From the NCBI GenBank assembly GCA_013286325.1, contig JABDFZ010000003.1, positions 4,021-68,020 of the forward strand: a DNA stretch of 64,000 bases, read 5' to 3'. Source of the DNA: Bacteroidota bacterium (lineage in GTDB: Bacteria; Bacteroidota; Bacteroidia; Sphingobacteriales; Sphingobacteriaceae). The first letter of the stretch is position 1. Every line of letters begins with the position of its first letter. A model generated the notes under the pieces. That model saw only the letters and a program-made list of their open reading frames with translations, ran no database searches and was not told the DNA's origin. The position numbers and the translations under genes were made by a program. Positions 28,771 to 38,241 of this stretch are shown piece after piece.

Positions 28771-29538
28771 ATGTTACTTACAGATACGCATACTCACCTC
28801 TATTATGAGACGGATAACACCAAAAGAACTGAATTAATACAGCGATGCAAGGATAACAACATTAACCGCTTGTTTTTGCCTAATGTTGATGCTGCGTCGG
28901 TCTCAATGGTTTACTCGCTTGAGGCTGCTTTCCCAAATATGTGCTTCCCTATGCTTGGCTTGCACCCATGTTCCGTAAAAGAAGACTGGGAAGAAGAACT
29001 GAGCCAGATCCAGGCTGCCCATAATCAGCATAAAATATATGCAATTGGCGAGATCGGGATTGATCTGTATTGGGACAAAACCACATTACCGCAACAGATA
29101 CAGGCATTTAAAAAACAAATTGCCTGGGCTAAAACGTTAAAACTGCCTATTGTGATCCATTGCCGTGATGCGTTCGATCAGGTTTTCGAGGTGCTTCAGC
29201 AGGAACAGGATGAACATCTTCGGGGTATCTTCCATTGCTTTACAGGTACGTTTGAACAGGCAAATAAAGTAATTGAATTGGGCTTTTATCTTGGAATTGG
29301 CGGTGTTGTTACCTATAAAAATTCGGGGCTTGACAAAGTTGTAGCACAAATCGATCTCCAGCATATAGTTTTAGAAACAGATTCTCCGTACCTTACGCCC
29401 GTTCCGTACCGGGGTAAACCTAATGAAAGCTCTTACTTGATCTATGTTGCCCAAAAGGTTGCAGAACTGCATCAAACAGACATTGAAACTGTGGCTGCTA
29501 TCACCACAGAAAATTCAAAAAAGGTGTTTGGTATTTAA
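28771..29538 (+). CDS. tatD: TatD-family deoxyribonuclease
   Basis: DTHTHL, GLHP, AIGEIGIDLYW, IHCRDA, FHCF, LETDSPYL. Confidence 0.95.
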   Translation: MLLTDTHTHLYYETDNTKRTELIQRCKDNNINRLFLPNVDAASVSMVYSLEAAFPNMCFPMLGLHPCSVKEDWEEELSQIQAAHNQHKIYAIGEIGIDLYWDKTTLPQQIQAFKKQIAWAKTLKLPIVIHCRDAFDQVFEVLQQEQDEHLRGIFHCFTGTFEQANKVIELGFYLGIGGVVTYKNSGLDKVVAQIDLQHIVLETDSPYLTPVPYRGKPNESSYLIYVAQKVAELHQTDIETVAAITTENSKKVFGI

Positions 29539-29582
29539 ATAGTTTTTTAGATAGTTTTATTTTTTACAGAACCTAATTACGT

Positions 29583-30605
29583 ATGAGCCAGATATTGATC
29601 ATTTATACCGGAGGGACAATAGGTATGATGAGCGACCCTCAAACTAAGGTGCTCAAGCCGATCAATTTTGAGCAGATAATGGATAATGTGCCCGAACTGG
29701 AAAAATTGAATTGTAAGATAAAAGTACATTCGTTTGAGCAGATCATTGATTCATCAAATATGAACCCGGCTATATGGAGTGAGCTGGCCAGCTTGATTGA
29801 ATCCAATTACGATGCGGTTGACGGCTTTGTGATACTCCACGGCTCCGATACGATGGCATTTTCTGCCTCGGTGCTAAGTTTTATGCTCGAAAACCTGAGC
29901 AAGCCAGTAATTTTCACAGGCTCGCAGTTACCTATCAGCGCTATCCGTACCGATGCGAAGGAAAACTTAATGACGGCGATTGAGATTGCCAAATCCAAGA
30001 AAAACGATAAAGCACGAGTACCCGAGGTTTGTATTTATTTTGATTACAAATTGTTCAGGGGCAATCGCTCATTCAAATATAATTCTTCCAAATTCGAAGC
30101 ATTTCGCTCGCCAAATTACCCTATCCTTGCCGAATCAGGTGTGCATCTTCGCTTTAGCGCGAATGACATCAGGCACCCAAAGGATGGCGAGGCCCTCATA
30201 GTACACAAAAACCTGGTAAGCGACGTTGCCGTACTGAAACTGTATCCGGGTATTAGCCCTAAAGTGGTTGAAACCATTTTAACAGCCGATGTAAGGGGCA
30301 TAGTAATGGAAACATTTGGCGCGGGTAATACCACAACCGATCAATGGTTTTTAGATCTGTTAAAAAACGCTGTCGACAACGGCAAGGTGATTCTTGATAT
30401 TTCCCAATGCAAAGTTGGCACGGTTGAACTTGGCCGTTACGAAACCAGCAAGCAGCTAAAAGACATAGGCGTAGCCAATGGCTATGATATGACCTACGAA
30501 TCGGCGGTTACCAAAATGATGTACCTGTTAGGCCAGTTTGAAAACCCGCAGGATGTGAAACATTACCTGGAAACAGATATCAGAGGTGAGATAACCGTGT
30601 CGTAA
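29583..30605 (+). CDS. ansA: Type I (cytoplasmic) L-asparaginase
   Basis: IYTGGTIGM, IDSSNM, HGSDTMA, TGSQLP, ETFGAGN. Confidence 0.95.
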   Translation: MSQILIIYTGGTIGMMSDPQTKVLKPINFEQIMDNVPELEKLNCKIKVHSFEQIIDSSNMNPAIWSELASLIESNYDAVDGFVILHGSDTMAFSASVLSFMLENLSKPVIFTGSQLPISAIRTDAKENLMTAIEIAKSKKNDKARVPEVCIYFDYKLFRGNRSFKYNSSKFEAFRSPNYPILAESGVHLRFSANDIRHPKDGEALIVHKNLVSDVAVLKLYPGISPKVVETILTADVRGIVMETFGAGNTTTDQWFLDLLKNAVDNGKVILDISQCKVGTVELGRYETSKQLKDIGVANGYDMTYESAVTKMMYLLGQFENPQDVKHYLETDIRGEITVS

Positions 30606-30628
30606 GCCGGTTACTTCACAGCCCTAAT

Positions 30629-31168
30629 CTAATCTTTAAACTTAATGCTGTTAAGTATATGCTCTAAAATAGCCGTTGCTTTATCCTTATCAGCTTGGTC
30701 AAATTGTATGGTGCCGTTTAATGCTCTTGCATTATTAACATTGCGACAATAGAAATGATAATATTCTATATTGCCAGCTATATAATTGATAATAACAACG
30801 GAATTATTATTGACTTTTTTAAAGCTTGAGGTGTAAGTTGAGTTTCCGTGGTTCATTTCATCCAATCCTTTCTTAAGAGATAACATATACCCTTTTCTAA
30901 GTTCGACTTTAGTGCTATCAAAGGGATTTAATAAAACAAGAACATCATCAATTTTATAGGAATGCCTTGCAGGCAAATCGGTATAATTATCTAATATTAG
31001 CTTTTCAGGGTTGAATTTTTTAATGACATAAGCTATAACTTGTTCTTTGGTTATTTTTTGTGCACCCATTGGAATATCGATACTTATAGCATCAGTAAGG
31101 GCTACCTGCTGGGCAAAAGTATTGAGGCTAAATAGGATGGCTGCTATTAAGAATATTATTTTTTTCAT
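30629..31168 (-). CDS. Secreted hypothetical protein, paralog 2 (candidate immunity or partner protein)
   Basis: Signal peptide ...LNTFA-QQ; 179 aa; clear paralog of 31205-31744. Confidence 0.75.
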   Translation of the reverse strand: MKKIIFLIAAILFSLNTFAQQVALTDAISIDIPMGAQKITKEQVIAYVIKKFNPEKLILDNYTDLPARHSYKIDDVLVLLNPFDSTKVELRKGYMLSLKKGLDEMNHGNSTYTSSFKKVNNNSVVIINYIAGNIEYYHFYCRNVNNARALNGTIQFDQADKDKATAILEHILNSIKFKD

Positions 31169-31204
31169 ACTGCCCGTCCCATAGTCATGCCCCTATAAGG
31201 CAAC

Positions 31205-31744
31205 TTAATCTTTAAACTTAATACTGTTAAGTACATGGTCTAAGATAGCTGTTGCTTTATCTTTATCGGCTTTGTCAAACACCAAACTACCTGTCATTTC
31301 TCTGGTATTATTGGCATTGAAACAATAAAAGTAGTAATACTCTGCACCCCCATTTATAAAATTTGTAACAACAATCGAATTATTGTTGATTGTTTTAAGG
31401 ATTGATGTATAACTTGTAGATCTGCGGGCCATCTCATCCAGACCTTTCTTAAGCTCTTCTGCGTGTCCTTTCTTAAATTTAAAGGTTGTATCAAACGCCT
31501 TTAATGAAATAACGATATCATCAAATTTATATAATATGCGTCCAGTATGCATATTGGCATAAGAATTTAATACCATTTTATCGTTATTAAACTTTTTGCC
31601 TGCATGGGCCAATGCCTGTTCTTTTGTTATTTTTTGTGCTCCGTTTGGAAGATCAATACCTACAACATTATTAAGGGCTACCTGCTGGGAAAGAACATTG
31701 AGGCTATATAGAATAGTTGCTATAAGAAATGTTATTTTTTTCAT
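31205..31744 (-). CDS. Secreted hypothetical protein, paralog 1 (candidate immunity or partner protein)
   Basis: Signal peptide ...LNVLS-QQ; shares GAQKITKEQ, LKKGLDEM and ADKDKATAIL.H.LNSIKFKD with its neighbour. Confidence 0.75.
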   Translation of the reverse strand: MKKITFLIATILYSLNVLSQQVALNNVVGIDLPNGAQKITKEQALAHAGKKFNNDKMVLNSYANMHTGRILYKFDDIVISLKAFDTTFKFKKGHAEELKKGLDEMARRSTSYTSILKTINNNSIVVTNFINGGAEYYYFYCFNANNTREMTGSLVFDKADKDKATAILDHVLNSIKFKD

Positions 31745-31775
31745 ATTTGTTTTTATCTAAGTAAATATAAATTTA

Positions 31776-33467
31776 TTATTGAGGACATGGTAAATTGCCT
31801 ATGGTTTTATTACCGTTAACAGCCGTATTAATGGTTAAAGGTGTGTAAGTGTTTGAGCCTGTTGGCGCATAATAAACATTAATTGCGCCGGGAAACAGTT
31901 GCATCAGTGCAAACACCCCGGCATCACCTTTAGTAGCACTCCCATTATCTGATATATATTGTTGCCCTATTGCTTGATAATTATTATTAAAAGCTGCTAC
32001 TTGTGCTGGCGTCGAATAGGAATTGGTTAGTACAGTACTTATTGCTGTCCAGTCGTTAATGGTAACCACGTAAGTGCCAGCACTCGTCAGCGTAGTTACC
32101 GAGGCTTTAGCTTCATAAATTTGCTTATTGGTTGCATTGTTTCGGAGGGCTGCATTAGTATTTATTTGTGAAGCCAGAAAATATACATCTATAGGGGATG
32201 GCCCAGTATCTCCGGGGTGCCCATGAGAAAAACCAACGGTATAACCATTAGTACTGTCCCAGCTAAAGGTGGGTGTCCAGGCGTCTGTTGCGCCTCGCGT
32301 TACCCCTGTATTAACATAAGAGGTTCCGGTTAAACTCGTAAGGTTTTGATCGGTACCGTATTCAACCTCAGTAGAGGTGGTATTAGACAAGATCAGTGTA
32401 TTCTGGGCAGCTATAATAGCATTTGCAGCCCTTGCGGCTATGTCGGCTTTTTGAGCACATGGATCGGTTATATCATCCGGGCACGGTTTTGCCTGCCCAT
32501 CTACAGAACAAGCAGTTTGTCCTGGTGGTGGTGGCGCGCCGCCATCAGGTGGCGGCACAGGTAGGTTATTGGTTGTCAAATGCCCGCTGTTTACTGCATC
32601 AATGCTCGATAACGGAATACACGGAGGCGTAACAGGCGGCCCCGGATGACTGCCTGCAGGACAAGGTGGTGGCGGTGGCGGGTTATTGCTCGCATTGTTG
32701 TTGCCATCATCAACTTCAACACAGGTGGTGGTCAAATAATCGGCATCCTGAAATACCCCGTCTATAAAATAGGCAATGTACCAGTCTGTACATTGCTGCA
32801 CAATAGCGTGGGGTTTTAGGTTACCTGTATTAACGCTTTGTATTTGCTGAGGGCCTGTCTGCTGACTGGTTGCCGTCGGAGGTGCAACCAATTTCCCGTT
32901 CTTATAACCATAGCCGCCTAAATATGCACCTCTTGGTGTAAAGTATATTATTTTACCACTAAAATCAGCATCAAGTTTTCTATAGGTATTATGCGCCAGT
33001 TTACTGAGGTCATTATTCACATAGCTTGAGTCGGCAAGGATGGTTAAAATATACGCCTGGTAAGTTTTGCCGTCATTCAGCAGCAGGAAATAGCTGCGGC
33101 TGTAGGCTTTGTTTAACAGCTTGTTTCCAATTTTTAAAGTCGAGCCGAATTTAGAGGCAGGATCAACAGGCATCTCTATCACGTTTTTCCCCAAACGCGC
33201 ATAACTTACAGTATGCTGCCAGTCGGGTTTAACCCATTGAGTTAAGTCATGAGTTCCGCCTACTGTTTGGGTTATCAATGTACCGCCGGTTGTCCCGCTA
33301 ACAGGATAAGCACTTTCATACCATGCTTTTGCCTGCGAAACTGCATCCGCAGTTGGTGAATTGTTTTTGTTGTCCCTTTTACAGCTGTGTATGACCAATG
33401 CAGCAAGTATCAGGAAAAATGGGATAATAAATTTTAATGCAACAGGCTTCAGGAAATATTTTTTCAT
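31776..33467 (-). CDS. Lipoprotein with Pro/Cys-rich linker and C-terminal JAB/MPN-like domain (polymorphic-toxin-like)
   Basis: Lipobox IHSC; linker PPPPPPCP..PPPPGQTAC; C-terminal EVEYG...FSHGHPGDTGPSPID resembles E..HxH..SxxD. Confidence 0.65.
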   Translation of the reverse strand: MKKYFLKPVALKFIIPFFLILAALVIHSCKRDNKNNSPTADAVSQAKAWYESAYPVSGTTGGTLITQTVGGTHDLTQWVKPDWQHTVSYARLGKNVIEMPVDPASKFGSTLKIGNKLLNKAYSRSYFLLLNDGKTYQAYILTILADSSYVNNDLSKLAHNTYRKLDADFSGKIIYFTPRGAYLGGYGYKNGKLVAPPTATSQQTGPQQIQSVNTGNLKPHAIVQQCTDWYIAYFIDGVFQDADYLTTTCVEVDDGNNNASNNPPPPPPCPAGSHPGPPVTPPCIPLSSIDAVNSGHLTTNNLPVPPPDGGAPPPPGQTACSVDGQAKPCPDDITDPCAQKADIAARAANAIIAAQNTLILSNTTSTEVEYGTDQNLTSLTGTSYVNTGVTRGATDAWTPTFSWDSTNGYTVGFSHGHPGDTGPSPIDVYFLASQINTNAALRNNATNKQIYEAKASVTTLTSAGTYVVTINDWTAISTVLTNSYSTPAQVAAFNNNYQAIGQQYISDNGSATKGDAGVFALMQLFPGAINVYYAPTGSNTYTPLTINTAVNGNKTIGNLPCPQ

Positions 33468-33656
33468 TCAGTGAGCGGGTTTAGTCTCGCCAAATTAATC
33501 TTTCACAAATGAAATGCAAATTGTTTTTTAAAAAATGACAATAAAATCTGTCATTGCTGAATGATTTAATTTAAAAAAGCGGTTTTCCCGTATTCTCCTA
33601 CAGCTAATCTCTTTTAACAATCTTTTTATTATTTTTGTCGGCAAAACCTACAAACG

Positions 33657-34220
33657 ATGAGCGAACTCATTAAAAAACAAGTTACAGACGCAAAGGCCCA
33701 TATGGACAAGGCCATTGACCATTGCGATGGCGAATTACAAAAAATACGCGCAGGCAAGGCAAGCCCTTCCATGCTGGATGATATAGTGGTTGATTATTAT
33801 GGCAGCCCTACCCCTTTAAACCAGGTAAGCAGCGTAAACACTCCTGATGCCCGCACTATTGTAGTGCAGCCCTGGGAAAAATCATTGCTGGGTGCCATTG
33901 AAAAGGCCATTATGGAGGCAAACCTTGGTGTTAATCCTCAAAATGATGGTGTTATCATCCGTATAAACGTTCCGCCATTAACTGAAGAACGCCGCCGCGA
34001 TCTGGTTAAAAAAGCAAAGGCTGAAGCTGAAACAGGTAAAATTGCCATCCGTAACATTCGCAAGGATGCTAATGAGAAAATAAGGAAACTAAAAACCGAA
34101 GGCGTCTCGGAAGATGAAATGAAGACCGGCGAAGGTGAGATCCAAAAACTTACTGATGCCTATATAGTAAAGGTTGATCAGCTTTCGGATGCCAAGGAAA
34201 AAGATATTATGACAGTTTAA
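33657..34220 (+). CDS. frr: Ribosome recycling factor
   Basis: IRAGKASP, VDYYGSPTPL, NPQNDG, PPLTEERRRDLVK, IRNIRKD. Confidence 0.98.
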   Translation: MSELIKKQVTDAKAHMDKAIDHCDGELQKIRAGKASPSMLDDIVVDYYGSPTPLNQVSSVNTPDARTIVVQPWEKSLLGAIEKAIMEANLGVNPQNDGVIIRINVPPLTEERRRDLVKKAKAEAETGKIAIRNIRKDANEKIRKLKTEGVSEDEMKTGEGEIQKLTDAYIVKVDQLSDAKEKDIMTV

Positions 34221-34242
34221 ATTCTTAATCTTATGTCAAATT

Positions 34243-34277
34243 AAAGGGAATGAGCTTCTTAGCCATTCCCTTTTTTT
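34243..34277 (+). terminator. Intrinsic terminator after frr
   Basis: AAAGGGAATG..CATTCCCTTTTTTT. Confidence 0.7.
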
Positions 34278-34305
34278 ATTTTTGTTTAAATACTCAAAAA
34301 TTTAA

Positions 34306-36063
34306 ATGAAAGTACTCTTAACATATCTTCAAAAGCACCGCTGGGTTGTTGCGCTCGCTTTGCTTCTTGCCGGGCTTAATATCGGCTTCTCACTACTTGA
34401 TCCTTTTATCACCGGGCGTATTGTTGATGAGGTGATTGAAAAACGCAATTCGTTACAATATGCTCAGTATATTCATAATATACTGGTATTGGTGGGCCTT
34501 GCAATCGGCGTGGCAATGGTATCACGCATAGCAAAAAACTTCCAGGATTATTTTACCAATATCATCACGCAAAAAGTAGGCGCCGAAATGTATGCCGATG
34601 GTTTAACCCATTCGCTCGAACTGCCTTACCAGGTATTTGAAGACCAGCGCAGCGGCGAAACCTTGGGCATCCTGCAAAAAGTACGGTTAGATTGTGAGAA
34701 GTTCATTACTTCGTTTATAAGTATTTTGTTTGTAAGCCTTATCGGGATGGTTTTTGTAATCATATACTCTGTACATGTAAGCTACAAGGTTACCTTAGTA
34801 TATTTTGCCGCAATCCCCATTATTACTTTTGTAAGTATGGCCATGAGCCGCAAGATAAAAACCATCCAAAAGAAAATAGTTTCCGAAACTACTGCCCTTG
34901 CAGGCTCAACCACCGAATCGTTAAGAAACATTGAACTTGTAAAAAGCCTGGGGCTTGTGAAGCAGGAGATAGCAAGGCTCAACAATACAACCTATAAAAT
35001 ATTGGGTCTCGAACTTAAGAAGGTAAAATATGTACGCAGTATGAGCTTTGTACAGGGTACAACCGTAAATTTTGTGCGGAGTGTGATGGTGGTAGTTTTG
35101 TTGCTGCTTATTTTTAACAGCACAATTTCTCCCGGTCAATATTTCAGCTTCTTGTTTTACTCTTTCTTTTTATTCAATCCCCTGCAGGAACTTGGTAACG
35201 TGATCCTTTCGTGGCGCGAGGCAGAAGTATCATTAGGTAATTTCAAAGGGATATTAAATACTCCTATCGACAAAAAACCAGAAAAACCGGTATTACTCGA
35301 AAAAGTTAAAACCCTCACCTTTGATAATGTAAGTTTTAAGCACTTAACTGCAAACCGCAACGCACTTAACAATATCAGCTTTGAAACCAATACTGGCGAA
35401 ACCATAGCTTTTGTTGGGCCATCAGGTTCGGGGAAAACAACATTGGTTAAATTACTCGTTGGCCTTTATCAGCCTTTGGAAGGTGATATTTTATACAATA
35501 ATACGTTAAGCAAAGAAATTGATCTCGATCAGCTGCGCGAAAAAATAGGCTTTGTAACCCAGGATACACAATTATTTTCAGGATCCATCCGCGAAAACCT
35601 TCTGTTTGTACGTCCTGATGCTACGGACGAAGAGTGTATGGATGTATTACATCGTGCGGCCTGCCAAACCCTGCTGGCACGTGCCGACAAGGGCCTGAGC
35701 ACCGTAATTGGCGAAGGTGGGGTAAAAGTATCAGGCGGAGAAAAACAGCGCCTGTCAATTGCCCGAGCACTGTTACGCCGGCCTGATATTTTAGTGTTCG
35801 ATGAAGCCACTTCATCGCTTGATTCTATTACCGAAGAAGAGATCACAGAAACCATTCGCGATGTTTCGGTTCTTGATAACCATATCACTATATTAATTGC
35901 CCACAGGCTGTCAACCATAATGCACGCCGATAATATTTATGTATTAGAGAAAGGCAACATTATTGAATCGGGCAGGCATTATGAACTATTGGCTCAAAAG
36001 GGCTTGTATTATGCCATGTGGAGGCAACAAATTGGAGAAAAGGTTTCTTTTGAAACCGTTTAA
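34306..36063 (+). CDS. ABC exporter, fused permease/ATP-binding (MsbA/MdlB-like)
   Basis: N-terminal TM domain; GPSGSGKTT, VSGGEKQRLSIARA, VFDEATS, IAHRLST. No C39 peptidase domain. Confidence 0.93.
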   Translation: MKVLLTYLQKHRWVVALALLLAGLNIGFSLLDPFITGRIVDEVIEKRNSLQYAQYIHNILVLVGLAIGVAMVSRIAKNFQDYFTNIITQKVGAEMYADGLTHSLELPYQVFEDQRSGETLGILQKVRLDCEKFITSFISILFVSLIGMVFVIIYSVHVSYKVTLVYFAAIPIITFVSMAMSRKIKTIQKKIVSETTALAGSTTESLRNIELVKSLGLVKQEIARLNNTTYKILGLELKKVKYVRSMSFVQGTTVNFVRSVMVVVLLLLIFNSTISPGQYFSFLFYSFFLFNPLQELGNVILSWREAEVSLGNFKGILNTPIDKKPEKPVLLEKVKTLTFDNVSFKHLTANRNALNNISFETNTGETIAFVGPSGSGKTTLVKLLVGLYQPLEGDILYNNTLSKEIDLDQLREKIGFVTQDTQLFSGSIRENLLFVRPDATDEECMDVLHRAACQTLLARADKGLSTVIGEGGVKVSGGEKQRLSIARALLRRPDILVFDEATSSLDSITEEEITETIRDVSVLDNHITILIAHRLSTIMHADNIYVLEKGNIIESGRHYELLAQKGLYYAMWRQQIGEKVSFETV

Positions 36064-36136
36064 GTATTGAGTTTAAAGTCTTAAGTCAGAAAATAAATAA
36101 CCTGACTTAAGACTGTAGACTCAGGACTCAATACTT
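36062..36136. terminator. Long heptamer-built hairpin between the convergent ABC and response-regulator genes
   Basis: Outer AAGTATTGAGT/ACTCAATACTT and inner AGTCTTAAGTCAG/CTGACTTAAGACT are perfect inverted repeats. Confidence 0.65.
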
Positions 36137-36140
36137 CTTA

Positions 36141-36794
36141 TCATATATCAATAATGCCAGTTTTTATGGCGAATATCACAAGGCCAACAAGGTTTTTTGA
36201 TTTTGTTTTTTCGAACAGACGGGCCCTGTAGCCTTCGACTGTGCGTACACTTAAACATATTTTGTCGGCTATTTCCTGGTTCGAGCATTCCTGGCAAACC
36301 AGGCGTAAAACTTCAATTTCCCGCTCATTGAAATCGGCAAGGGAATGTGCAGCATTTCCCGATAGTGAATTTCCGGCAAGCTGCTTTATAAGAGTTATGG
36401 AGAGGTGTTCGTTAAAATAGTAGTCTTTATGGTAAACGGTAGATATAGCTTCAATAATTTCTTCAGGCTCGGCATTTTTTAGCAAATAGCCCGATGCGCC
36501 TGCTTTCATCATATCCACAATATATTTATCCTCATTAAACATCGAAAGCGCCAGTATTTTTATGTGGCCGTATTTCTGCTTAATGTAGGCAGTGGTTTGT
36601 ATACCATCCATTTCAGGCATTTTAATGTCCATCAATATTACATCAGGTGTAATAGTGCCCAGCATACCGGTGAGTTGCTTACCATTTGATGCCTCTAATA
36701 CCAAATCAAAATTTTCACAATCTTCAAGAGTAGCCTTTAAGCCATTTCTGAATATCTTATGATCATCCGCTATAGCTAATTTGATCTTCTCCAT
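36141..36794 (-). CDS. NarL/LuxR-family response regulator (REC + HTH_LuxR)
   Basis: IADDHKIFRNG, LMDIKMPEMDG, GASGYLLKNA, EREIEVL..SNQEIADKICLSVRTVEGYR. Confidence 0.96.
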   Translation of the reverse strand: MEKIKLAIADDHKIFRNGLKATLEDCENFDLVLEASNGKQLTGMLGTITPDVILMDIKMPEMDGIQTTAYIKQKYGHIKILALSMFNEDKYIVDMMKAGASGYLLKNAEPEEIIEAISTVYHKDYYFNEHLSITLIKQLAGNSLSGNAAHSLADFNEREIEVLRLVCQECSNQEIADKICLSVRTVEGYRARLFEKTKSKNLVGLVIFAIKTGIIDI

Positions 36795-36835
36795 GATTTA
36801 ATTAACAGTCAATAAATATAAGTAAAAAACCATAA

Positions 36836-37615
36836 CTATATCATTACCCTTACAATTGTAATAGTTCCATTTTTAGGTTTAGTGTATACATTTATTTCTC
36901 CATTTATGAGCTGCACGCGGCTTTCCATATTTTTAAGGCCGAAGCCATGCTTTACCTCATCAGTATTAAATCCTCTGCCATTATCTTTAAACTCCATCAC
37001 CAGCCATCCTGCATCTTTCGTAATGGTTAAATGAATAATAGTTGCCTCCGAATGTTTTATAGCGTTGCTAAACAGCTCCTGGGCTATTCTGTAAAAGGCA
37101 AGCTCAATTTCGGGCTGCAACCTTTCGTCATCCAGTTTTTTTTTTAAATCAACCTTAACGTTTGTATTCTGTTCTATCTTAATACATAGACCTTCCAGTG
37201 CCTCCTTAAGCCCGTAATCAGTTAAAACCGGCGGAAGCACATTATGGATAATGTTGCGGATCTCTTGTATACATTCATCCGTTAATTTTCGGGTGTCTGC
37301 AAGCAACGGCAGTGTGCCTTGTCCGCCTGCGGTTTTATCAAGGCGGTGAAGATTTAGCTTTATAGCCGATAATACCTGGCCTACACTATCGTGCAGATCC
37401 TCTGCCAGGCGCTTACGTTCACTTTCCTGCGTCTCAAATACAGCATTTAACAGATCCGTTTGTCTTTCGTCGTGCAGTTTACGCAACTCTACCTGGTTCT
37501 TTATCATTTTTCGCTGATAGATAATCACGAAAAAGAATAAAAAAATAAGTAGTATAACAATGACAACCGTGCCTGTAATTAATATTGGTATCAAGCTGTT
37601 TGTTGAGGTTTGCAC
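36836..37615 (-). CDS. HisKA_3 histidine kinase with a single TM and no sensory domain
   Basis: One N-terminal TM; QESERKRLAEDLHDSVGQ H-box, QELFSNAIKHS, DNGRGF, GFGL. Confidence 0.94.
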   Translation of the reverse strand: MQTSTNSLIPILITGTVVIVILLIFLFFFVIIYQRKMIKNQVELRKLHDERQTDLLNAVFETQESERKRLAEDLHDSVGQVLSAIKLNLHRLDKTAGGQGTLPLLADTRKLTDECIQEIRNIIHNVLPPVLTDYGLKEALEGLCIKIEQNTNVKVDLKKKLDDERLQPEIELAFYRIAQELFSNAIKHSEATIIHLTITKDAGWLVMEFKDNGRGFNTDEVKHGFGLKNMESRVQLINGEINVYTKPKNGTITIVRVMI

Positions 37616-38226
37616 AAAATTCCGACTGTAAATAAAATGTTAGCTATAATATTTGTAACCGTATGGATCATATACAGATCCTCCTGGTGATCTTCAAGGA
37701 TCCTTTTAAAAAGCATAAATAAAAAAACATTGGTTGCAAAATAAAGCAACACTCCCGCACTTATCCAAAACAGCCCTTGCTTTTCTATATGAACAAACTC
37801 CTGCCTGCTTAGCAACTGGTAAAAATACATCAGCGAAAAAACAATTACCACCATGCTCAGTACAGTATTGGCAATTGAAGGATAATCCATAAAGCCCTCA
37901 AAAAAAATGGTGCTTATTATTAAAACCAGAAATCCAATAGCGCTTAAAATAAATACTACCCTTTTTAACACAAGAGAAGAGGAAACCTTGTAATAAATGA
38001 TTGAATAAAATAGCAGGGCAGTAAAAATAAATATGTGTATGCCCGGGAAATTATTCATTACATGGTAATGACTTGCTATTTCGTAGCCCCAGTCAAACAT
38101 GGTAGAGATCAGAAAAAAAAGTGCGGCTATCTTTAATACACTATTTAAATGCCTGTAATTATACAAAGCCGCAATAACCGGTAAAACACCGGATATTATA
38201 GAAATATAAGTATAATTTACAGACAT
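37591..38226 (-). CDS. Multi-pass (about 7 TM) membrane protein, candidate stand-alone receptor
   Basis: 211 aa, almost all hydrophobic helices; NNFP..HIF, FWISAGVLLYF; overlaps the kinase start by 25 bp. Confidence 0.8.
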   Translation of the reverse strand: MSVNYTYISIISGVLPVIAALYNYRHLNSVLKIAALFFLISTMFDWGYEIASHYHVMNNFPGIHIFIFTALLFYSIIYYKVSSSLVLKRVVFILSAIGFLVLIISTIFFEGFMDYPSIANTVLSMVVIVFSLMYFYQLLSRQEFVHIEKQGLFWISAGVLLYFATNVFLFMLFKRILEDHQEDLYMIHTVTNIIANILFTVGILCKPQQTA

Positions 38227-38241
38227 TTTTTATTCTAATTA

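Noticed and set aside
34306-36063. ABC exporter as the dedicated exporter of the GG-leader peptide or the PCPGSPGCP proteins
   Set aside because: No C39 peptidase domain, convergent to the TCS operon and co-oriented with frr; proximity alone is not evidence.
37591-37615. Possible frameshifted fusion of the 7TM gene and the histidine kinase
   Set aside because: The kinase has its own ATG and TM, and no slippery run is evident; a 25-bp overlap fits translational coupling.
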